Source: Candidatus Latescibacterota bacterium
GTDB lineage: Bacteria > Latescibacterota > UBA2968 > UBA8231
DNA: 64,000 bases
Direction of reading: 5' to 3'
NCBI GenBank assembly: GCA_965204725.1
Contig: OZ242005.1
Span: 3,168,001 to 3,232,000 of the forward strand
The notes under the pieces are model-generated. The model saw nothing but the letters and a program-made list of their open reading frames with translations, was not told where the DNA came from and made no database searches. The position numbers were made by a program, and so were the translations under genes. The stretch's first letter is position 1; each line of letters starts with the position of its first letter. Below, piece by piece: positions 37,288 through 46,092 of this stretch.

Positions 37288-38823
37288 ATGGCGAATGCAA
37301 ATCGCGTATATATTTTTGACACCACCCTGCGGGATGCCGAGCAGACGCCCGGTGCCTCGCTGACGGTCCGAGAAAAGCTCGAAGTCGCCCACCAGTTGGC
37401 GCGGCTGCGCGTCGATATTATCGAGGCCGGCTTTCCGGTGTCCTCCAACGAGGACTTTGAGGCCGTGCGCCGCATTGGGCAGGAAGTTGCAGGGCCGGTA
37501 ATCTGCGGGCTAGCCCGCGCCGTGCCCGAAGACATTGACCGAGCCGGCGCGGCGCTCCAAGGCGCGCACCGGCCGCGGATTCACACCTTCATCGGCACAT
37601 CGGACATTCACCTCGCCGGCCAGTTGCGCAAGGGCCGCGAAGAGGTGCTAAAAATGGCGGTGGCAGCGGTGGAGCAAGCCAAGTCGTACTGCGACGACGT
37701 CGAGTTTTCGCCCATGGACGCCGCGCGCACCGAGCCTAATTACCTCAACGAGGTCATCGCGGCGACGATTGCGGCCGGGGCCACGACGATCAACATTCCA
37801 GACACAGTAGGTTATGCCGTGCCCGAAGAGTTTGGGGCCCTGATTGCCCAGATCCTCGCCGAGGTGCCCAACAGCGGCGACGCCATTATCAGCGTCCACT
37901 GCCACGACGATTTGGGCATGTCGGTAATCAACACGCTCTCCGCAATCAAAAACGGCGCCCGCCAAGCCGAATGCACGATCAACGGCTTGGGCGAGCGGGC
38001 CGGCAATGCCTCGCTAGAGGAAATCGTCATGGCCTTAAAGACGCGCCAAGACTACTTCGGCTTTGACACCGAGGTGATCACCGAGGAAATCGTCCCCACG
38101 AGCCGGTTGGTCAGCCGCTTGATGGGAATCGCGGTCCAGCCCAATAAGGCCATCGTCGGCGCCAATGCCTTCGCGCACAGCTCGGGCATCCATCAGGATG
38201 GAGTGCTCAAGCAGCGCGACACCTTTGAGATCATGGAGCCGAAAGACGTCGGGCTAGACGATACCGAGATCGTGCTGACGGCGCGCTCGGGACGCGCTGC
38301 GTTGCGCCACCGGCTGGAGGTCTTGGGCTACAGATTGAACAAAGAGGAACTGGACAAGGTGTACGAGGACTTCGTCGCGTTGGCCGACAAGAAGAAGGAG
38401 GTTTTCGACGAAGACCTGATTGAGATCGTCGGCGACTCGGACGAAACGACCGCGTACTACGAGCTCCAGTACTTGCACTCGGTCAGCGGCACGGGTACGG
38501 TGCCCTCGGCCACGGTCCGCATGCGCCTCGGCGACGAGACGGTCCAGCAGTCGTCTTGGGGCGACGGCCCGGTCGATGCGGCGTATGCGGCCATTGACTT
38601 GGCCTGCGGCACGGACGCCCGGCTCGACGGCTACGCCATCCGCGCCATTACCTCCGGCAGCCAAGCACTGGGCGAGGTAACGGTGCATCTGTCGGATAAC
38701 GGCAAAAAGGCGCGGGGCCGGGGCGTTTCAACCGACGTCATTGAGGCCAGTGCGAGGGCTTATGTAGATGCGCTGAACCGCTTGGCGGTAAAGGGCACCA
38801 AAGAAGCACTCCAGACCGTATAG
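37288..38823 (+). CDS. leuA: 2-isopropylmalate synthase
   Basis: FDTTLRDAEQ, HCHDDLG, GERAGNA, AHSSGIHQDG, GPVDA regulatory domain. Confidence 0.95.
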   Translation: MANANRVYIFDTTLRDAEQTPGASLTVREKLEVAHQLARLRVDIIEAGFPVSSNEDFEAVRRIGQEVAGPVICGLARAVPEDIDRAGAALQGAHRPRIHTFIGTSDIHLAGQLRKGREEVLKMAVAAVEQAKSYCDDVEFSPMDAARTEPNYLNEVIAATIAAGATTINIPDTVGYAVPEEFGALIAQILAEVPNSGDAIISVHCHDDLGMSVINTLSAIKNGARQAECTINGLGERAGNASLEEIVMALKTRQDYFGFDTEVITEEIVPTSRLVSRLMGIAVQPNKAIVGANAFAHSSGIHQDGVLKQRDTFEIMEPKDVGLDDTEIVLTARSGRAALRHRLEVLGYRLNKEELDKVYEDFVALADKKKEVFDEDLIEIVGDSDETTAYYELQYLHSVSGTGTVPSATVRMRLGDETVQQSSWGDGPVDAAYAAIDLACGTDARLDGYAIRAITSGSQALGEVTVHLSDNGKKARGRGVSTDVIEASARAYVDALNRLAVKGTKEALQTV

Positions 38824-38824
38824 A

Positions 38825-38919
38825 TTTTGCTTATGAGGCGTCGTTCCCGCGAAAGAACGTCACCCCGTGCCCCGACACGGGGCGGGAATCCAGTCTTGAA
38901 TGATGTAGGATTGCTATAG
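38825..38919 (+). repeat. partial (right-half) copy of the 24248-24395 element
   Basis: About 95 bp highly similar to 24301-24395, ending gtaggattgctatag. Confidence 0.85.
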
Positions 38920-38932
38920 AGGAGACTTGGAG

Positions 38933-40330
38933 ATGGGTAAGACTCTGTTGCACAAGGTTTGGGACGCGCACACCGTGCGCGTGCTACCCTCTGGGCAGAC
39001 GCAGTTATTCGTTGGCTTGCACTTGGTCCACGAGGTGACCAGCCCTCAAGCCTTTGCGATGCTGCGGGAGCGCGGCCTCACCGTCCGCTTCCCGGAGCGC
39101 ACCTTTGCCACGGTGGATCACATCGTGCCCACAGACTTGGTGCAGCGGCCTTTTATCGACGACTTAGCCGAAGAGATGATGGACGCGATTGAGCAGAATG
39201 CGGCCGAGTTCGAGATCCCGCTGTTCAACATTGACGATCGACGCCAAGGGGTGGTCCACGTCATCGGCCCGGAATTGGGGCTGACCCAGCCGGGCATGAC
39301 CATTGCGTGCGGCGACAGCCACACTTCGACGCACGGGGCCTTTGGCGCGGTGGCCTTTGGCATTGGCACCAGCCAAGTCCGCGACGTGCTCGCGACCCAA
39401 TGCTTGGCCTTGGATCCGCTCAAGGTGCGGCGGATCGAAATCAGCGGTGCGCTGAGCGAAGGGGTGTACGCCAAGGACGTCATTTTGCACCTCATCGGTC
39501 GGCTCGGGGTCAAGGGCGGCGTTGGCTACGGGTATGAGTACGGCGGCTCGGTCGTTGAGGCCATGTCCATTGAAGAGCGGATGACGGTGTGCAACATGTC
39601 GATTGAGGGCGGCGCCCGGGTCGGGTACGTCAATCCAGACCAGACGACGTACGATTATCTCAAGGGGCGGCCGCACGCGCCGAGCCGCTTTGAGCCGGCG
39701 GTCACATGGTGGGAATCCATGGCCTCGGACGCCGACGCCGAGTACGACGACGTAGTCCACGTAGAAGGGGCGGACATCGGCCCGACCGTGACTTGGGGCA
39801 TCACGCCGGGCCAGTCGGTCGGCATTGATCAGGCCCTGCCCCCGCTCGCCGCTTTTGCCGACGCCGAGCGGCCTAGTGTGCAGGAGGCCTTCGCCTATAT
39901 GGACTTTGAGCCGGGCCAAAAGATAGCCGGCACCAAGGTCGATGTGGCCTTTATCGGCTCCTGTACCAACGGCCGGCTCTCGGATCTGCGCGAGGCCGCC
40001 CGAGTGGCCCGCGGGCGCAAGGTGGCCCCCGGCGTCCGGGCACTGGTGGTGCCCGGGTCGCAGCAAGTCCGCGCCGAGGCCGAGGCCGAGGGGCTGCACG
40101 AGGTCTTTGCGGAGGCCGGGTTTGAGTGGCGGGGAGCAGGCTGCTCCATGTGCTTGGCGATGAACCCCGACAAACTCCAAGGCCGCGAGCTGTGCGCCTC
40201 GTCGTCCAACCGCAATTTCAAGGGCCGGCAGGGCAGCCCCACTGGCCGCACCCTGCTGATGAGTCCGGCGATGGTCGCAGCCGCGGCCGTGGCCGGCGAA
40301 GTGGCGGATGTGCGGGCGTTGGTCGGATAG
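38933..40330 (+). CDS. leuC: 3-isopropylmalate dehydratase large subunit
   Basis: [38 protein letters not shown]. Confidence 0.97.
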   Translation: MGKTLLHKVWDAHTVRVLPSGQTQLFVGLHLVHEVTSPQAFAMLRERGLTVRFPERTFATVDHIVPTDLVQRPFIDDLAEEMMDAIEQNAAEFEIPLFNIDDRRQGVVHVIGPELGLTQPGMTIACGDSHTSTHGAFGAVAFGIGTSQVRDVLATQCLALDPLKVRRIEISGALSEGVYAKDVILHLIGRLGVKGGVGYGYEYGGSVVEAMSIEERMTVCNMSIEGGARVGYVNPDQTTYDYLKGRPHAPSRFEPAVTWWESMASDADAEYDDVVHVEGADIGPTVTWGITPGQSVGIDQALPPLAAFADAERPSVQEAFAYMDFEPGQKIAGTKVDVAFIGSCTNGRLSDLREAARVARGRKVAPGVRALVVPGSQQVRAEAEAEGLHEVFAEAGFEWRGAGCSMCLAMNPDKLQGRELCASSSNRNFKGRQGSPTGRTLLMSPAMVAAAAVAGEVADVRALVG

Positions 40331-40379
40331 GGGCCATTTTGGAACTTGTCAAAACGGACCGACGCAAAGGAGATACTTA

Positions 40380-40631
40380 ATGAACGAATCGGCGATCCGG
40401 CTACATATTGAGCCATTGGCCGAAGGCGGCTTTCTTGCCACGAGTCCCGATGTCTCGGGCTTGGTTGCGGAAGGACGTAGCGTCACCGAGGCGGTCGAGA
40501 TTGCACAGGGTCTCGTACGCAAAATCGCAGAGTCGTGTATTGAACACGGGGACCCACTTCCTCGCGCATTGGCGATTTTTCCCGAGGGTAGCACCGAAAT
40601 TGATCTGTTGGTACCTGTCAGTGTGCCATAA
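40380..40631 (+). CDS. hicB: HicB-family antitoxin (short)
   Basis: E...EGGF.A..PD..G...G.S..EA...A...........G.PLP pattern. Confidence 0.8.
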   Translation: MNESAIRLHIEPLAEGGFLATSPDVSGLVAEGRSVTEAVEIAQGLVRKIAESCIEHGDPLPRALAIFPEGSTEIDLLVPVSVP

Positions 40632-40858
40632 TGAGTCGGCTTGCCGGGTTCAAGTATCGAGATGTCGCTCGGCGATTGCGACGTTTTGGTTATGCGTTTG
40701 ACCGTCCGGGGCCGGGTAGTCACGAAGTTTGGCGTCATGTGCAGACGGGTCGGAAAGTTACTGTGCCTCGTCACACTAGAGATATGGCGGAAGGAACGCT
40801 TCGCGCCATTCTTCGAGAGGCCCGAATTGACGTCGACGATTTTCTCAGGGCTCGTTAG
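40631..40858 (+). CDS. hicA: HicA-family toxin
   Basis: L...G......GSHE.W......VTVP.H..D...GTL..IL. Confidence 0.9.
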   Translation: MSRLAGFKYRDVARRLRRFGYAFDRPGPGSHEVWRHVQTGRKVTVPRHTRDMAEGTLRAILREARIDVDDFLRAR

Positions 40859-40900
40859 ATAGTTGCGTGGACTTGTTAAAGCAATCATTAAGGGGACACC

Positions 40901-41494
40901 ATGGAAAATTCGAGTGTGATTAAGACAATAGCTGGGTGCGGCGTGGTGGTGCGCGGCGCGGACATCGACACTGACCGCATCATCCCGGCTCGCTTTTTGC
41001 GGACGGTGACCTTTGACGATTTGGGGTCCCATGCCTTTGAGGATGATCGTGCGGCTGGCGAGCATCCTTTTGACCAAGCGCGCTTTCAAGGGGCGTCCAT
41101 CCTGTTGGCCAACGCCAATTTTGGCTGCGGCTCTTCGCGCGAACACGCGCCGCAGGCCCTGATGCGCTGGGGCATCAAGGGCTTTGTCGCCGAGTCCTTT
41201 GCCGAGATTTTCTTTGGCAACTGCATCGCCCTGGGGCTGCCCTGTGTGCGGCTGGCGGCCGAGGACATGCAGGCGCTGATGGCGGCCGTCGAGGGCGATC
41301 CCGCGCAGGAAATCACTATCGATCTCGAAACGCGGACGGTCCGCTACATCGGCGGCGAGCAAGCGGCCGAGATCGCCGATGGCCCGCGCGAGCAGTTTCT
41401 CAAGGGGAGTTGGGACTCGCTGGGCCAGCTTTTGGCCGCTGACGACCAGATTGAGAGCACCACGCGGAAGCTGCCGTATATGGCGGGGTTCTGA
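40901..41494 (+). CDS. leuD: 3-isopropylmalate dehydratase small subunit
   Basis: DIDTDRIIP, NFGCGSSREHA, SFAEIF..N. Confidence 0.97.
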   Translation: MENSSVIKTIAGCGVVVRGADIDTDRIIPARFLRTVTFDDLGSHAFEDDRAAGEHPFDQARFQGASILLANANFGCGSSREHAPQALMRWGIKGFVAESFAEIFFGNCIALGLPCVRLAAEDMQALMAAVEGDPAQEITIDLETRTVRYIGGEQAAEIADGPREQFLKGSWDSLGQLLAADDQIESTTRKLPYMAGF

Positions 41495-41507
41495 GGGAGG
41501 CGATGAG

Positions 41508-41756
41508 ATGGGACACATCAAAGTAAATGGACGGAAAATTACCAACCCATTCGCCCGGGTGCTGATACCGACGACCGCTTTGCTGGTTTTGGCTTTTGTC
41601 GCGGCGGTCGCCATCTGCGGGCTTCTAATCGCGATCGGGTTGGTGTTCGCGGTGTTGGCCCTCGCAGTCGGCTTGGTGTTGCTATACGCCGCGGTTCGAG
41701 CCGTGGTCACAGCACGGCACTATTTTGCCAATTGGAACGAGAATAGGAGGAGGTAA
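41508..41756 (+). CDS. small membrane protein
   Basis: MGHIKVNGRKITNP followed by about 45 hydrophobic residues; GGGAGG SD upstream. Confidence 0.65.
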   Translation: MGHIKVNGRKITNPFARVLIPTTALLVLAFVAAVAICGLLIAIGLVFAVLALAVGLVLLYAAVRAVVTARHYFANWNENRRR

Positions 41757-41759
41757 TAA

Positions 41760-42818
41760 TTGCACAAAATCGCCGTAGTACCCGGAGATGGAACCGGCCC
41801 CGAAGTCGTGGCCGAGGGGCTGAAGGCCCTCAACGCCGTGGCCCGCAAGACGGGCTTTCAGTACGAGACCGCAGAATTTGACTTTGGCGGCGACCGCTAC
41901 TTGCGGACCGGCGAGCTTTTGCCCGACTCGGCGGTTGACGAGTTGCGGCAGTTCGATGCCATTTACTTGGGGGCCATCGGCCACCCGGACGTGAAGCCAG
42001 GCCCCCTCGAAAAGGGCATCCTGTTGAAGCTGCGCTTTGAGCTCGACCAGTACATCAACCTGCGCCCGGTCAAGCTCTACCCCAATGTGCCGACGCCGAT
42101 TAAGGACAAGGGGCCGGCCGACATCGACTTTGTGGTGGTGCGCGAAAACACCGAGGGGATCTACACCGGGGCCGGCGGCTTCTTCAAAAAGGGGACGCCC
42201 GACGAAATCGCCGTGCAGGAGTCGATCAACACGCGCAAAGGCGTCGAGCGCTGCCTGCGCTACGCCTTTGAGTACACCCAGCGGCGCGACAAGGACAACA
42301 CCTTGACGCTGTGCGGCAAGACCAACGTGCTAACCTATGCCTTCGACCTGTGGGAGCGGGCGTTCCACGAAGTCGGCGCGGCCGACTACCCCGCCATCAA
42401 GCGCGACTACGCCCACGTGGATGCGATCTGCATGTGGATGGTCAAAAATCCCGAGTGGTTTGACGTGGTGGTCACCGACAACATATTCGGCGACATCATC
42501 ACCGATTTGGGTGCGATGATCCAAGGGGGGATGGGCATTGCCGCCGGCGGCAACATCAACCCGGAAGGCGTGTCCATGTTCGAGCCGATTGGCGGATCGG
42601 CCCCCAAGTACACCGGCCAGAACATCATCAACCCGCTGGCCGCCATCGGTGCCTGCCAGCTCATGCTCGACACGCTCGGCGAGCGCGAGAGCGCGGGCAT
42701 TTTGGAGGACGCCATCGTCTCGACGCTGGCCCAGCTCGACGATCTGGGCGCGGGCAGGATGGGGTATTCCACTGCGGAGGTAGGCGATCTGGTAGCGCAG
42801 GCCGTTGCAGACGCCTGA
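41760..42818 (+). CDS. leuB: 3-isopropylmalate dehydrogenase
   Basis: PGDGTGPEV, NLRP, VRENTEG, NIFGDIITD, FEP.GGSAP. Confidence 0.93.
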   Translation: MHKIAVVPGDGTGPEVVAEGLKALNAVARKTGFQYETAEFDFGGDRYLRTGELLPDSAVDELRQFDAIYLGAIGHPDVKPGPLEKGILLKLRFELDQYINLRPVKLYPNVPTPIKDKGPADIDFVVVRENTEGIYTGAGGFFKKGTPDEIAVQESINTRKGVERCLRYAFEYTQRRDKDNTLTLCGKTNVLTYAFDLWERAFHEVGAADYPAIKRDYAHVDAICMWMVKNPEWFDVVVTDNIFGDIITDLGAMIQGGMGIAAGGNINPEGVSMFEPIGGSAPKYTGQNIINPLAAIGACQLMLDTLGERESAGILEDAIVSTLAQLDDLGAGRMGYSTAEVGDLVAQAVADA

Positions 42819-42831
42819 GGAAAGCGACGCC

Positions 42832-44427
42832 ATGCACATCGAAGTCTATGACTCCACCCTGCGGGACGGTGCCCAAGCCGAGGGCATTTCCTATTCGCTG
42901 GAGGACAAGCTGCTCATAGCTCGGCGGCTCGACGCGCTCGGGGTTGACTACATCGAGGGGGGCTGGCCCAATCCCACTAATCCCAAGGATCTGGCCTTTT
43001 TTCAGGAGGTTGAGAAGCAGGGCCTGAAGGCGCAGGTGACCGCCTTTGGCAGTACGCGCCGGGCCGGCGTGGCCCCGGAGGACGACGCGACCTTGAACAC
43101 GCTCCTCAAGGCCGAGACCCGCAGCATCTGCATTTTTGGCAAGAGCTGGACTCTGCACGTCGTCGAGGTGCTCAAGACGACCCTCGAAGAAAATTTGCGG
43201 CTGATCGAAGACTCGGTGGGGCACCTTGTGGCGCGTGGGCGCGAGGTGATTTACGACGCCGAGCATTTCTTCGATGGCTACTGCGCCGACCCAGACTACG
43301 CAATCGCCACGCTGGGCGCGGCCGAGCGGGGCGGGGCGCGTTTACTCGTGCTCTGCGACACCAACGGCGGCCGGCTGCCGAGCGAGATCGGCCGCATCGT
43401 CGCCGCGACCCGGGACGCCGTGGGGCTGCCGTTGGGCATTCACACCCACAACGACGCCGGCATGGCCGAGGCCAACACCGTGGCCGCGGTTGAGCAGGGG
43501 GCCGTCCAGATCCAAGGCACGTTCAACGGGTATGGCGAGCGTTGCGGCAACGCCAACCTGTGTACGGTGATCCCAACGGTGGAGCTCAAGCTCGGCAAGC
43601 ACCTGATCGGCCGCGAGCACCTTGCGGAGTTGATGGACTTCTCCCGCTTCTTGAGCGAGATCGCCAACGTGTACCACGACCACCGCCAGCCTTATGTCGG
43701 CGAGAGCGCGTTCGCCCACAAGGGGGGCGTCCACATCGACGCCATGATCAAGAACCCGCGCTGCTACGAACACACCGATCCGGCCGCCACGGGCAACGAG
43801 CGGCGGTTCTTGGTCTCAGACCAAGCGGGCGGGGCGACGATAGTCAGCAAGCTCCAGCGGTTTTTGCCCGAGCTAGAGAAGCGGGATCCGCTGGTGGGGC
43901 AGGTCTTGGAGCGGGTCAAGCGGTTGGAACACGAGGGCTATCAGTTCGAGGCGGCCGAGGGGTCGTTTGAGCTGCTGGCGCGCCGAGTTCAGGGCACGTA
44001 CGAGGACGCATTCACCCTGATCAACTTCCGCACGATCAACCGCAGGACCGGGGAGCACGCGGAAGAAGCCGAGGCCATTGTCAAGGTCGCCATCGGCGAT
44101 GCGGAGTACCATACGGTCGCTGGCGGCGATGGCCCGGTCAACGCGCTCGACCAAGCGCTGCGCAAGGCACTGGAGCAGAAGTTTCCCGCGCTCAAGCAGG
44201 TGCATTTGGAGGACTACAAGGTGCGGGTGTTGTCGAGCGGGGACGGGACCGCGGCCAAGGTGCGGGTGCTGATTGAGTCCTCGGACGGCAAGGATGTGTG
44301 GGGGACGGTGGGGGTTTCGGAGAATGTAATTGAGGCGAGCTGGATCGCGCTGGCCGACAGCTTGCACTACAAGTTGATGAAAGACTCATTAGCGGGGAGC
44401 CTTTGTGCGCGCCGGCCGAGCCGGTAG
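42832..44427 (+). CDS. cimA: citramalate synthase
   Basis: YDSTLRDGAQ.EG, IEGGWP, DAEHFFDG, GERCGNA, AFAHKGG.H, GYQFEAA. Confidence 0.9.
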   Translation: MHIEVYDSTLRDGAQAEGISYSLEDKLLIARRLDALGVDYIEGGWPNPTNPKDLAFFQEVEKQGLKAQVTAFGSTRRAGVAPEDDATLNTLLKAETRSICIFGKSWTLHVVEVLKTTLEENLRLIEDSVGHLVARGREVIYDAEHFFDGYCADPDYAIATLGAAERGGARLLVLCDTNGGRLPSEIGRIVAATRDAVGLPLGIHTHNDAGMAEANTVAAVEQGAVQIQGTFNGYGERCGNANLCTVIPTVELKLGKHLIGREHLAELMDFSRFLSEIANVYHDHRQPYVGESAFAHKGGVHIDAMIKNPRCYEHTDPAATGNERRFLVSDQAGGATIVSKLQRFLPELEKRDPLVGQVLERVKRLEHEGYQFEAAEGSFELLARRVQGTYEDAFTLINFRTINRRTGEHAEEAEAIVKVAIGDAEYHTVAGGDGPVNALDQALRKALEQKFPALKQVHLEDYKVRVLSSGDGTAAKVRVLIESSDGKDVWGTVGVSENVIEASWIALADSLHYKLMKDSLAGSLCARRPSR

Positions 44428-44453
44428 CGGAAATACGCAAAGGCGAGCGAACC

Positions 44454-46088
44454 TTGAGCCCAAAACCCACATCTGTTCAATACAACGATTGGCACCAAGT
44501 TGAAGTAGAGCCGCTGGAGACGTTCGCGCCCACCCTGCCGATTAGCGTGATCATCCCGTCCTACCAAACGCCGGCCGAGACGCTGGCGCGAACCTTGGCG
44601 GCGCTCGAAGGCCAGACCTATCCGCGGGAGTTGTTCGAGGTGATCATCGTGGACGACAGGTCGGACCCGCCGCTGGAGTGCATCCCCTCGACGCCGCTGG
44701 ATGTCAAAGTGCTGCGCTTGGATCGTGATGTCGCGCGCGCGCGAAACAACGCCGCGCGCGCGCGAAACAACGCCGCGCGCGCGCGAAACAACGCCGCGCG
44801 CGCGCGAAACAACGCCGCGCGCGCGCGAAACAACGCCGCGCGCGCGCGAAACAACGCCGCGCGCGCGGCGGCCCACGACATTCTGCTCTTCTTCGACGAC
44901 GACATACTTCCCGAGGCGGGCTATATGATGGCGCACGCCCGCTGGCACCACGCCGTATCCGACGCCCTGACCGGCGGACCCGTCGCGCACGTGGCGATAG
45001 ACGGCATCCATGCGGAGACGATCCGGCACCGGCCGGGATCGTTGGAGGCGCTGTTTTCAGACCGGTCGGCCGACCCGCCCTTATCGACCGGCCTCATGGC
45101 CAGAACCAACAATCTGACGTCGCGGGCCGACGATCTGTTTAGGGCGATAGCCGCCGGAGCCTTTGGGATTGGCAAGGATTTCTACTGGTCGGTGGGTGGG
45201 TTCGACGAATCGTTCACGCGGTATGGAGGGGAGGACACCGAGTTTTTCTACCGGGCTTATACTCGCGGGGGACTGCTGGTGCCGGTCCAGAGTGCCCTCG
45301 CTTGGCACCAAGGCCGCCGGAATGAGGATAGAGACGCCAAGAATCGCAGCAGTCGGCTCCAGCACGGGAAAGCAGTGCATCTGATCGCCCACCCCAGCTA
45401 CCGCGGCAACAGTCCCGGCCGCATCTTCACGGTGCCCCAGTATGTGGTGACCGTTGATGGGCGTCAGTGCCGGACCGATCAAGTCATCCGAGCCGTCGTG
45501 AACCTTTTGGCCGACCGAGTGCATGACTTGGTGGTCCGAGTCGAAACGGACGCGAGTGGCGACGACGAGCGGCTGGAGCGGCTGGAGGAGGCGTTTGGGC
45601 CGGACCCTCGGGTGCGCGTCGCTCCCACCCGTTCCGCCCTTGACGAGTTTCCGGTGTCGCCGTTCTACGTCGAGCTTCCCGCCGCGGCGTTCGCCCGGGG
45701 CTTGGTGCATCGCTTGCGCGTCCGGCTGAAAGACGCGGTGCTCGCCACCTCAGAGCTATCCGACGGGACCACGGTGTCCATCGTCCGCTCATGGGCGGTT
45801 CACCGGGCGCGTCGCACCGGGAAAAGCCCGGCCGACTTCGGAGCGGTGCGGGCGATACCCGCTACGGTGCTGAGGCTCAAGGCGGCAGGCGTCGCGGAGG
45901 GCGACGCGGCCGAGGAGCCCGTTGACTACCCCACCAACAGGGAGCGCCTGCGCGACCAGATGCGAGACATCCGCTGCTCTAGGGGGATTTGGGCGTTCTG
46001 CAAGTGGATGATCGACATGGTCCGGTGGAGGGCGCTCAACAAGTGGCAGGCGGTTCGTTGGCGTCTCCGGCGGGTGACACGGAACTAG
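44454..46088 (+). CDS. GT2 glycosyltransferase with internal ARNNAAR repeat
   Basis: ISVIIP, EVIIVDD.S, FFDDD, GGFDE.F..YGGED; TTG start at 44454 chosen by paralogy. Confidence 0.85.
   Translation: MSPKPTSVQYNDWHQVEVEPLETFAPTLPISVIIPSYQTPAETLARTLAALEGQTYPRELFEVIIVDDRSDPPLECIPSTPLDVKVLRLDRDVARARNNAARARNNAARARNNAARARNNAARARNNAARARNNAARAAAHDILLFFDDDILPEAGYMMAHARWHHAVSDALTGGPVAHVAIDGIHAETIRHRPGSLEALFSDRSADPPLSTGLMARTNNLTSRADDLFRAIAAGAFGIGKDFYWSVGGFDESFTRYGGEDTEFFYRAYTRGGLLVPVQSALAWHQGRRNEDRDAKNRSSRLQHGKAVHLIAHPSYRGNSPGRIFTVPQYVVTVDGRQCRTDQVIRAVVNLLADRVHDLVVRVETDASGDDERLERLEEAFGPDPRVRVAPTRSALDEFPVSPFYVELPAAAFARGLVHRLRVRLKDAVLATSELSDGTTVSIVRSWAVHRARRTGKSPADFGAVRAIPATVLRLKAAGVAEGDAAEEPVDYPTNRERLRDQMRDIRCSRGIWAFCKWMIDMVRWRALNKWQAVRWRLRRVTRN
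44733..44867 (+). repeat. 21-bp tandem repeat x6 (gcgcgcgcgcgaaacaacgcc)
   Basis: Six identical in-frame units plus a partial unit. Confidence 0.95.
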
Positions 46089-46092
46089 TGCG

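Noticed and set aside
44733-44867. CRISPR array
   Set aside because: Contiguous identical units with no spacers, inside a CDS
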